In this document: piece by piece, positions 45,967 to 57,130 of the stretch
Layout: each line of letters opens with the position of its first letter
Numbering within the stretch: the stretch's first letter is position 1
From: Heteronotia binoei
Taxonomy: Eukaryota
Assembly: GCF_032191835.1 (NCBI RefSeq)
Contig: NC_083232.1
Location: 43,710,001 to 43,774,000 of the forward strand
Reading direction: 5' to 3'
Length of the DNA: 64,000 nt
Program-made: the position numbers and the translations under genes
The notes under the pieces: model-generated
Told to the model about the DNA's origin: nothing
Database searches by the model: none
Seen by the model: the letters and a program-made list of their open reading frames with translations, nothing else

Positions 45967-48900
45967 AAGAACCAGACCACTTTGTAATGGGAATTCAAAA
46001 TGTTAATGAAAAAAGAAATCTAGTCCGGGTTAAATTCCAGCAGTTTTGAATTGACTTTTTATGAGAACAGAAATGCTTGTTTATAATTTCATTTCTTGAT
46101 GTGTTCCTGTTTCTTAATTTCCTGTACATGCTAATTTGAATTTGAAGAAATCTATTTGTATAACCAACTTCAGTGTTGTTTTGGTAATGCCAATTTAACA
46201 TACATGATACAAAACCTTCCTTTTCTTTTGCAGAATACAGAATTTAAGTTCAATAGCATCACAATGTTGCACTGTATTTAAAAATAGGATTTTGTTACAG
46301 TAAGCCATGAAACCGTGACAATGTCAATCTGAAGAAGTGTATATGCAAAGGAAAGCTTATACTCAGAATTAAACTTTGTTAGTCTTAAAGGTGCCACTGG
46401 ACTCAGACTTTGTTCTATTGTTTCAGATTAACACAACTACCCACCTGAATCAATGGGATGGTTATTTTTAAAACAATATTATTCTGTGGGGTATGAGGTC
46501 ACCAATGCAATAATTGTCGGAAGAATATATCATTTTAAGGTTAGAATCTCTCAATTGCTCATATTAGGAAATCAGTGAAACTTGACTTCCAAATCTGATA
46601 TTTAGGTAAATGTGCTTAGTTAAAAGTTACCAGTTAAAACGTCAATAAAAGTGTATCCATTAATTTAATGTATCATGCATATATTTTATTAAGCACTTTT
46701 TAATCATCTACATTACAGAAAATTATAAACATTTGAAACTTGCTGCCCAAAGGTATGCAATCTAAATAAATGAGATGTATCGGACAGAAGGGATGGGAGA
46801 GCAGAAAAACAAGTATGCAGTACAAATATTTGCCTCTGTAAAAGCCTATGACATTGATAGAACATGCCTGTATAATGCATAACTAGCAAGCATGAAAGGC
46901 CCATTGCCAGATATTCCCAAAATTATGCCCAGTATTGCAGCTTTAAGGAGGAAAACACAAGCACCAAGGTGAGAAGACTTAGGCTGCATCCTAAAAACAC
47001 TTTCTCAAGAGTAAGAGCCATTGAATAAAATTAAGCCCTTTTCACACTCACCTTACGCCGCTCTCACGATCGTCTTCTCAGTGCAACTTCCTTCTGATTT
47101 CACACTATCTGCCCCGAGGCTGCAGCAAGCATTGGCATTTTCGTGCAGCAAACAGAAACCGCTAAAAACCAGTTTTTGTTTGTTGAGTGAAAACGCTGAT
47201 ACTTGTTGCAGCCACGGGCAGATAGTGGCAGATAGTGTGAAATCCGTAGGAAGTCCCGCTGGGAAGAGGAACATGAGAGCAGCGTAAAGAAAGGGGAAAT
47301 CAGTCTGAAACTTACTTTTGAGTGGATCTGCTTAGAAGTGCTTCCATAAATTGAACTGTATGGTTTCCAACACTGCTACATAAATTAAAATTATTTACTG
47401 AGATGCATTGTTGTCAATTATGCAATTTAGAATATATATATTTGCTTATATTTCATAATTTTGCAAATCTTTTATTTTGACTTCACTACTCAAGAAGAGG
47501 GGCAAGAATGGTGCATGGCACAGAAACTCCACGCACTGTGACTCAGAAACCTATACTGTCCAATAAATTCAAAATCATATCTTACATAGCTGTGATACAA
47601 AGATCACAGGATCTTTGACAGGAAACAAAAACAGCTGGCTACCTTAAAGCCAGCGGAGCAGCATGCTGCCATTTCTCTAGGAGAGCAGTCAAGTGTTGTC
47701 AGACATGCTTCTTTGGCTGTAATCCTAACAACACTTTCTTGGGATGGGAGTAGGCCCCATTGAATAGCATGGGACATACATCTGAGTAGACCTGTTTAGG
47801 TTTACTTCCTTTGGAATTTAAGGTATCCTAAATTTGATTAAGGGTGCATTCCTAAACACATGTACTGAGAGTAAGCACCACTGAACTTCTAAGGAAGCAT
47901 TTGCCTTGACATGCTAGCTTTCTAGATGTTGGTGGTTTCTTCTCATATTTATGTGCTATTCATAATATGCCTTTCTCACTGAGCCTCAATGTGGATCACA
48001 CAATGTAAGTCAGAAGGCATGTTCATTTGGGTCTGCAGTCAAGCTATTTCTGTATGTTGAATCAGATACTGTCCTGCCGGTAAATGGTCAAAGGAGGAGC
48101 AAGAAAAACAAGCTAATACTTTGCTAGTTCTTGCTTCTCCATAAAGCAGATCACATTTGATAAACTTGTTTTTACATGGCACTCTAGGGGTGGTGATTCA
48201 AAAAAGCACACAAGCCCTACAAGAACTCTCCCCAGAGCTATCTAGCAACGTTTCTTTACTGTTATGTAGATTTCATTATCCATGTAATGAAATCTACATG
48301 CACTTGCTTGTATATCAAAGAAACCTCCACTTTTCTTGTTTTTATAAGATGCATATGTGTGTGTTGCAGTATGTACAGTGTATAAGTGAAATATAAAGTT
48401 AAAACAGACAAGTTCTCAATGGGCTATTGAGGTTCTCCTAGATAGACACTCCCTGTTCTTGTATGCATGAGGCAAGGTTCTTCTGCTAAAAATAATGAAA
48501 AGGGTTTTTTTAACATGTTCTGCCTGAGTAATGGCTTAAAAGATTTTAATCAACCAATCTAAATCTGCTGAAAAATAATTTCTTTTTTAAAAAGGAGAGA
48601 AGGAAGTGCACAAATTGCCACCTTCATAACCCAGTCACTCAGACCTGAGAGCTCTTTATGGAAGGCTATGTGTAGTGAAAACAGAGGCATATGATTGGAA
48701 ACACTAAGTGATGGGTACAGATTGTTGGACAATAATACTTAGCATTTCATGCTTTCAGGGTTCAAAGTACTCAGTGCACATTTCCCTTGTAAGCATCCTA
48801 TGAACTAGACCAGTATTATTCCCATACTGCAGATGTGAAATAAAAGATGAGATAAAGTAGTTTCCCTAAAGACACCATTAGTTTACACTTGAGACAAGAT

Positions 48901-49089
48901 TTGAATTGCCTTTCCCTCTGCAAGTCAATGTTTTATAATGAGTACACAAATTCTCCACTGTCCACATTGCCAACTCTGGTTTAGGAATCTCCTAGAGATT
49001 TGTTGACAGTTCCTGGGAAGGGCAGAATTTGGGGGAAAGAGGGAACTCAGTGATGTTGAGTCCAACTTCAGGTGCCATTTCTTCCAGAG

Positions 49090-49965
49090 CAGGGGTGGGC
49101 AAACTGTGGCTCGGGAGCCACGTGTGTCTCATGGAGATTGAGGAGAAACTTAATGCAGCTTTACTGTCATGGAAGCATGCTCAACATCAGGACCTCAGTC
49201 AGCCTCTGAGTGGTGACCCATAGGTAGACAACTATTTCCACCGTTTGTAAAGCAGGGAAGGAGGGGGAAATAGACAGGCTTGCAAGCTCTTCTCCACCAC
49301 AAAGGTCACCCAGAGACCTAGAGTGAGGAACAAAAACACAAGAGCTGAGGCAGCCCCTGGAAGAAGGGATGGGATTAAAGAGGGTAGTGCAGAGTTCCCC
49401 CTTAGTTTCATAGCTCTTAAAGGAGCTGTATTTATTAACCTTGATGTCAAGGCAAAGAGAGATGCATAATGATGCAAATAGTAGTCAGTGATTTATATAG
49501 TACATGTGTGTTTCCAGGGGTCGTTTTGTAGAAAAATAGGTGGTGGAGCTCATCCAGGGATTGTTATGCAGCTGCACCTACTATTCAATGGACAAGGAGG
49601 TGGAACTCTCAGGAGGAGGAGGAAGAACTCTCAGAAAGGCTCAGGAACTGTGCTCCTACGAGCTCCCACTGAATCCAAGTCCTGTTTGTTTCCTTCTCCC
49701 ACAGGTGCAAAAAAAAAAAAATTCCCTAACCTTTCTCTATGTTAGTTTTATGGGGACTGTTATTTCCAACTTTTTTTTTTGTTTAAGTCTCCTTCTAGCA
49801 TAGTTGTGTTGTAAAGTGCATCCATATGTATTTTATCTTCCTGTGCAAATAAAGTATTGAGTTTGAATAAAGACGTGTGGGTGATATTTGTTCATGTCTG
49901 GCAGCTCTCAAACATCTGATGTTTATCTATGTGGCTCTTACCTTAAAAAAGTTTGGCCACCCCTG
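49090..49965. mobile_element. hAT-type non-autonomous element with nested insert, upstream of CpG island
   Basis: TIRs CAGGGGTGG(G)CAAAC / GTTTGGCCACCCCTG; imperfect 8-bp TSD TTCCAGAG / TTCCGAAG. Confidence 0.7.
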
Positions 49966-50039
49966 TTCCGAAGGAACTGAACCCTGTAGTCTGAAGATCA
50001 CTTAAAATTCTGGGAGGACTGGACTCTTTCAGGAGGTTG

Positions 50040-50900
50040 GCAACGCGGCTCCTAAGCTGAGCGCTACGACCCCTCCCTCGGGCCAAATTAGCTCCTTTTT
50101 TTGTTCAGCACCAACTACCAGTAACAAATATGTAATCAATAAATACGTTTCACGAGCCTCAGGTCTGAAACCCCGACGCCTTCGCCCTCCCTCTTCGTTA
50201 CAAGACCTGTTAATTCAGCCAGGGGGATCAGCTTTGGAGACGCTGAAAAGCAAGCTGCAGACTCCTTGCCCTTCAGGGCCGAGATGACACCGACCTGATC
50301 TGGCTTTCGTGAAACTTTCCCACCCTTAGTTGGAACTCGGAAGTCACCTTTGCCACACATTCATCGTTGGTAAGCGAACAGCTCTTAAGGATGCGCGCGG
50401 CCGGAGTAAACAAGTTGTTTTGTCTGCAGCCGCGCATGCTCGACGTACTAAGTAGCTGCCCAGGCATGGCTTCGCGTTGGCTCGGTCTCCTCGCGCGCAA
50501 AGGGCAGGCGAAATGGCCGCTGCTGGGCTGTGCCTCTTGCAAGCCGAGCAGCACGGCCGCAGCAACAAACCACCTAATATACACGCAGGAACATTTCGCC
50601 CTGAGAGCGTCGCTGAGAAAGGTATGGGCAAGTGGCCTGCTCGGAGTTGAAAGTACAGCCGATTGGGTAATTGTGCCCGTCTGCGCTTTGGGACTCTGAC
50701 TTCCATGCCAGAGGGGGCGGGCAAGCACATTGGCGAGTCCCCCGTTGCAAAGGCACGCTCGAGAGCCTGTCATCCGCTAGGATTGTATCAACCTAATTTT
50801 TCGAGCATATACGCATTTTCCGGGAACGTCTACGGTTTCCTTTTTGTTGGTTCAGTTTAAACATCCCAGCTGTTCACTGAGGAAGATAGCTCTCATTTCG
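50040..50900. promoter_or_regulatory. CpG island / promoter
   Basis: High density of CpG dinucleotides around the putative first exon at 50466-50621. Confidence 0.8.
50466..50621 (+). CDS. Probable first exon of a mitochondrial acyl-CoA dehydrogenase-family gene
   Basis: MASRWLGLLARKGQAKWPLLGCASCKPSSTAAATNHLIYTQEHFALRASLRK, phase-0 donor AAG/GTATGG. Basic, acid-poor N-terminus like a mitochondrial presequence. IYTQEHFALRASLRK resembles the first helix of an ACAD family I recall from fish and birds. No second exon found in the window. Confidence 0.6.
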
Positions 50901-51324
50901 AGAGGAGCTACACGCCTTTCACTAGGACATATTGTTAAAAGTTCTTCACGGCCTGGCTTGTGCGGAGTCCCTTGTTTACGCAGCAGTAGTTTATTGGGCG
51001 ATAGTTTAAAAGTCAAGTTAAAGAGTTACCGTATATCTTATCATACCGTATATCTTGTATAAAAAAGTGCCTTAGCAGCTGTGGAGTTTGAAATAGTGGT
51101 CAGGTGGTTTATATGTAATGTGCTTTAAGAGGAGAAATGCCTCCACTTCTTGAATCCGGAGCAAAACTCTGAAGAATGAAAATGCGTGAATAAATTTTGA
51201 CTCCAGTTAGAATACTTCCCTTGGAGTAACCTCATTGAATGACAGAATTTGATTAGACCTTTTTAGGATTGCTCTCAGAATTAGTTTTCAGGGCATGACT
51301 GGACTCCTGTTTCATTCTAGTTCT

Positions 51325-52274
51325 TTTTTTTTTTTGTACAATATACTTTTATTAACATATAATTAAAAATTACACTTACATTTATAATACAATGTATCTA
51401 GGAGACTTAAGGAGGTGTACTTTTCGTGTATTAATATATAATCTAAATAAGCAAATATCTCATTACTTAGTTCAATAAAGCTGTAATTAATATTTGGTAT
51501 CTCAGTCCGTACATGTAAATATTCTAATATTGGTAACCAGATTGCTATAAAATCAGATTGATTTTCCACATTAGTTATTGGTTTCATTTGATCATTCAAT
51601 TTAGCCATGACATATATATTCCAAATGGTTTTATACCAGAGGTTGATTGTTAATGTTCTTTCATTTTTCCAGTTACTCGCGATTACTGATCTAGCTGCAA
51701 ATATAAGTAACATACATTTTTGAATAACGTTACATGCTTTAACTTCATTTCTGAGATTCAATAATAGTGATTCAGGTGATAAATTTATTTTTTGTCCTGT
51801 CATTAAATGAATTTCTTTTATTACTGTTTGCCAAAAGGATTGAATTTTTGGGCATTCTAGCCAACAGTGTATATATGACCGTATGTTGTTACATTTTCTC
51901 CAGCAATAGGGTTGAGCCTCTTTATTTAAATATACCAAATTCTTGGGAGTCATATACTAAAAAGTTAAAATTTTAAAAGCTTGTAGGCGTAAAGAAATAA
52001 TTGAAGCTGTATGTTCCATATTATGCCATATTTTATCCCAGTTTTCTGATGTAATTGATGTTGTACATATTTTTCCCCATTTAGCTTGATATGTAAGACC
52101 TGAATTCTTTGTAGTATTATCCAATATTCGATAAATTTCAGAAATATTTCTTTGTTTATTCTCATTAACCAAATTAATCAATAGTTCAAAACTTGTTAAT
52201 TGTTGTTTCATTATTTTTGGTAGTTTTATTTTCTTACACATATTTTGTATTTGAAGATATTGATACCAGGATAG
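51325..52274 (-). mobile_element. 5'-truncated L1 (ORF2 C-terminus, frameshifted)
   Basis: CWRKCNNIRSYIHCWLECPKI knuckle; poly(A) as T-run at 51324-51335; 15-bp TSD TTTCATTCT(A/C)GTTCT at 51310-51324 and 52275-52289. Confidence 0.9.
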
Positions 52275-52367
52275 TTTCATTCTCGTTCTAACCAGTGCAC
52301 TAACAGCCCTTTACAGTTTGAGTCCAGTGGCACTTTTCAGACCAACAGTTTTATTTAAGGTATAAAC

Positions 52368-52637
52368 CAGGGGTGGCCAAACTTGTTTAACATAAGAGCC
52401 ACATAAAATAAATGTCAGATGTTTGAGAGCTGCAAGGCAGGCAGGCAGGCAAAGAGATAGGGAGAGGGAGAAAGAAATGCATTCTGTAAGCCACCAGCTG
52501 GCTTGGCTTGGAGGAGTGGTTTAAAGAGAGAAATGCTTTCTCCAGGCTGGTCAACAGGGCATTAGGGGCGTCAAGAACCACACAATATGTATGGAAGAGC
52601 CACATGTGGCTCCTGAGCTACAGTTTGGCCACCCCTG
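52368..52637. mobile_element. hAT-type MITE
   Basis: TIRs CAGGGGTGGCCAAAC / GTTTGGCCACCCCTG; perfect 8-bp TSD GTATAAAC. Confidence 0.9.
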
Positions 52638-53711
52638 GTATAAACTTTGGCAACTGAACAAGGAGGCTTGTTCAGCTATCTGGACATAGGTGTCCCTGCA
52701 GACTTCAAGGTTCCCCCTCCCCGCCAATATCATATTAGAACTGGGGTATTGGTACATTAAATCTTCAAGTGTAGATAATAAGATTTTGTTTGCTTATACC
52801 TTGAATAAGACTTCGTTGGCTTGAAAGGTGCCACCGGATTCAAACTTTGTTCTGCTGCTTCAGGCCAACATGGCTACCCACCCAAACCTTTTAACAAGAG
52901 CTTATAAAGCCAGCAAAAACAGGGTCAGTTATTTACCAGACAGGAACCAGAAAAATGGGGAAAGTTGAAAAGAGAAGAGATTGGAGCAGGATTTAGGATA
53001 ATCAGGTTCAGATCCCAACTCTGCCATGGAAGATTACTGTGTGACCTTAGGCCAGTACTATACTTTCATCCTAACCTTCCTTACAGGGTTATTGGGAGAA
53101 TAAAATGGAGGAAAACTATATATGTCACTTTAGTCCTAGACTGGAAGAAAGGCTGGGTAAAATCAATACATAAATAGGGTCACCTGACAAGGTTTGCTAA
53201 TTTAAAGCAGAGATACAGTGCCATCCTAAGTATACCGTCCTTTACCCTTCTTAGTTAATTGAAGTGAATGGGCTTAGATGGGTAGAACTCTGTTTAGGAT
53301 GGCACTAATTGCTCTTTTGACCCAGCAGCTGAATTGTTAAGTTCCACTTGATACATGGTTATGTCAAAAGGCAGTGCACAGTGGCAGAAACAAAAGCTAT
53401 TTTGTGTTCAACTGCATTGCAAAAGAACCATTGTAGTTTATAGCTAAGGCATGTATGAAGATTCCAATCATTGCAAAGTCTTACTGTTCTTCTTGCATAT
53501 GACGACAACAAAGTTTACAAGCAGTCACCACTGAATGACCATTTTCATTACCAACTATGGCAAACTTCCCTCACACAAAGGATTTTCACTTCTGTCTTTT
53601 TTTCCCTGCTGAACAACCCCAATATATTTTCTTCTTTTTTTTTTCTGTGGCTGTCCCACCCAGTCACTTTATTATCTGTCTGTCTGTCGTCCGCTGACCC
53701 AGTCCAGGGTA

Positions 53712-54015
53712 GAAGAAGAAGAAGAAGATATTGGATTTATATCCCGCCCTCCACTCCGAAGAGTCTCAGAGCGGCTCACAATCTCCTTTACCTTCCTCCC
53801 CCACAACAGACACCCTGTGAGGTGGGTGGGGCTGGAGAGGGCTCTCACAGCAGCTGCCCTTTCAAGGACAACCTCTGCCAGAGCTATGGCTGACCCAAGG
53901 CCATTCCAGCAGGTGCAAGTGGAGGAGTGGGGAATCAAACCCGGTTCTCCCAGATAAGAGTCCGCTCACTTAACCACTACACCAAACTGGCTCACTTAAC
54001 CACTACACCAAACTG
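53712..54015 (-). mobile_element. Squam3-like SINE with duplicated head segment
   Basis: Same family as 2032-2307; CACTTAACCACTACACCAAACTGG occurs twice in tandem. Confidence 0.85.
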
Positions 54016-54781
54016 GGTACTGAGGGAAGAGACAAAATCACCTTCTTCCGCTTTTGAAATGGCGCAGAAGAGGCTTTTGAAAGTTCAAAATAAACAAAAT
54101 GTTTTATTTAACTTGGAGGAGAAAAGGGTCAGCTGGAATCAGTTGTAGGATGTATGAGGTGAACTGATAATAAAACTGAGGTAACTTTGTATTCACACAA
54201 ATACCAGATAATTTGTTGCCAACAAATAAGTATTTCTGCTATTCTGCAATGTCTTTATCACTTTAGGAGAGAGTCCTTCTTTTGTGTTTCTGCTTAAATA
54301 CTCAAGCATAGCTTCCTGAGTTTAACTGACATGTAAAATTAAGAAAACATGAATATACAGCCAAGTTCCCCAAATAGTTCTTTATACACAGACCAGGAAT
54401 CACTCCTCTTCCCTAGAAGCTATTTTCCTTCTTAAGTGGGTAGGGATCATTTCTTTCCTAGAAGCTATTTGCCTTTTTGACTTGAATGGGGATGCTCCTT
54501 GATCCACTCACTCTTTCTTAGCCTCTTTCCCAGTCAACAGTCAGTGATTAACTGTCTTTTCTTCAGTTTTCAGTTCCCAACTGTGATTCCTTAACTGACT
54601 CACAACAGAATTCCTTTGGAATAACCTGTCACTTAAAAGTTCTCGGAATCAGGCATTAACTCTTGACAGTTATCATAAAAACATAGCTGAAAATGTGCAC
54701 TATCTACCTTTGGAGGTTTTAGGACATTGTGATTTGGAGGTGTTTATAGTTACACTCACTACTGCTCATATGCTCTGTTGC

Positions 54782-56346
54782 CAGGGGCGGATTAACCATT
54801 AAGCAGACTAAGCATGTGTTTAGGGCACCAGGGCCAAAGGGGGCACCACAAAGTTGAGAAAAGGGTAAAAAGAAAAAAAATGAATGAAGATTTGTAAAAA
54901 AAAAAAAAAAATTGATAAAACTAGTGCAAATTGATCATGGTGCACCCTAGGGTTATCTTCTATTTTTTGTTGATGAGGTGCAGTGTCATAGCCTATGTTT
55001 AAAAGTAAAATGCACGTGTTTAAAAGTAAAATGATGGAGCCAAATTCAGTTGTCATGACAGTCATTTCAATGACCGTCTCTGCCCCTTTTTAATCTCAGC
55101 CCCATGTAAATGTCAAAAATGAAGTGTGTTCAGTTGAATGGTACGCAAAAGAGAAAACGTGCAAAAGAGAATTAGCAAAAGAATCTGTCTGTTGTAGCCA
55201 AGACAGGAAAGCTGACAGATTTCTTCTTACAAACTGCAGAGAAAGATGATCCAGATCAAAACCAGTGTCAGTCTTCAGAGACAGGAAGTGAATCAAATCT
55301 ATCTCCTTCATCAGAAACAGGCAGTGTTGGTGCAAGGCCAGATTTTCATGATGACGTTGCATATGATGAAGTGCCACAACCTGGACCTATTTCCATGACA
55401 AGATGTGTAAATGCTTTTGAACTGACCAAGGATGAAATGAACAAATCTAAGGACCCAGGGTTATGGGATGAATTTTATGGTGATGATGTGACTTATTGGG
55501 TTGCTTGTGGACCCAGTAAATGCCAGCACCACGATGGGCCATTTGACAAATCGTGTCGCAATTTCATCAGTGGGAAGCCAAAGAGATACTGTTCACAGAA
55601 GATATTTTTTGGAATAAAAGCGAATGGTGAACACTACAAGAGAGAATGGCTGTTGTACTCTCCTTCAAAAGGATCAGTTTACTGTTTTGTTTGTAAACTA
55701 TTTGTGCCCAAAGGGTCAACACAGTTTGCTGGTCTGCCAATGATGAATACATCTTTCACTCACATGGAACTTTACAACACAATTACAGAAGACAAACTAG
55801 AGAGTGCCTTTCCAAATGTTGAAATTGCCTTAAGAATATTTTTAACATTAATGGTCACCAACAGAAGACAAACTGCACAACAGGTTACCAACTGCACAAC
55901 AGAGAGGTTTTTCTCACAACTGAAACATGTAAAAAACCCCAAATAGATCAGTTATGCTTCAAGAAAGACTCAGCCCACTGTGTATATTAACAATTGAAGC
56001 AGACATTCTGAGAAATATTAATCTCGTGGATGTTCTCGTGATTTTGTGAAAATGAAATGTAGAAAAATGCCTTTCAGGTCATGAATATTGGAACTTTGAT
56101 ACATTAAAGTGAAATATTAAAATAGATGTTGTATTGCATTTTTGTAGAACTTTATGTAGCCCAAGCTTGGCTTAGTTTGTACAGTATATTGTGTTATCAT
56201 ATGAATAAATTTTTGTTTTGCTGCAACCTGCATTGTATATCTGGTCGGACAGGTCAACAACTAATATGGACTGGGTCAGTGTGGAAAGGAGGGGGGCACC
56301 AAGATTGGTCAGTGCTTAGGGCACCAGTGAGCCTTAATCCGCCCCG
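54782..56346 (+). mobile_element. Internally deleted hAT DNA transposon
   Basis: TIRs CAGGGGCGGATTAA / TTAATCCGCCCC(-)G; perfect 8-bp TSD TCTGTTGC; ORF 55371-55946 joins a TTF-type zinc-finger motif (REWLLYSPSKGSVYCFVCKLF) to a hAT dimerisation motif (FPNVEIALRIFLTLMVTN...ERFFSQLK). Confidence 0.9.
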
Positions 56347-56944
56347 TCTGTTGCTTATGCTGTCTCCAGCTTCTGCCAGCTCTTGAAATTAGTTGTATTG
56401 CAGAAATTCAGAAGTCTAGGAATCTATGTGCTTTCCTTATAGCTAGTGGTATTGGAGCATTCACAAGGCAGTTTCTCCTGCTCTTTCCTTGCTTTAGCCC
56501 CACCTCCTGAGTGCTTTTTAAAATGTATCAGCAATTACTGAATCATAACACAATAATGCTATAAAACCTATTGTCATAATCCACTAGTTCTTCATGATCT
56601 ACTAATTCTAGATTTATTAAGTTTATAACTCAGCGGTGTTGAACTTGTTTGTTATGAGGGCTGAATCTGACATTAATGTCACTTTGTTCGGCTAGGCCAT
56701 GCATGCCATAAAATGCAACATGAGGTACTAGAGAGATAAACTTTGTAAAGATGATTTCAAATGTTGAATGGCAATAGCAGGTGGATGACAACAGCAGGCT
56801 TGATTAGTGCGATATGCAGAGGGTTAATAGGCATGGAGATACCAGCATTGGTAATGAGACAGGAGACCTAGGAAACCTAGGTCTCAGTTATGTCCAGGAG
56901 GATTCAGTCCAGGAGGATGCAAAGAATAAATGGACATAAGTCTG

Positions 56945-57130
56945 ATGCTAGAACATTCAGCTGCTGACCTAAGAGTAGCTGTGCTTTTAAAAAGGAATTT
57001 CAAAAGGAGATTAGAGACTGTTGAATTGTAATTGATAATTAAGCTGAAGACAGTGCATCCTCCTGGACTGAGAGCTAGTTTTCCTGTCTCCTTACTAATG
57101 TGTGCTATTATCATTTTAACATCTGAAATC
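56945..57130 (+). mobile_element. Penelope-like element, GIY-YIG endonuclease 3' remnant
   Basis: Reads EHSAADLRVAVLLKRNFKRRLE..EL.LIIKLKTVHPPGL, typical of the end of squamate Penelope ORFs as recalled. Confidence 0.55.

Noticed and set aside
50273-50773. Minus-strand ORFs of 166 and 128 aa at the right-hand CpG island
   Set aside because: GC-rich shadow ORFs; the plus-strand exon has a good donor and a recognisable motif.
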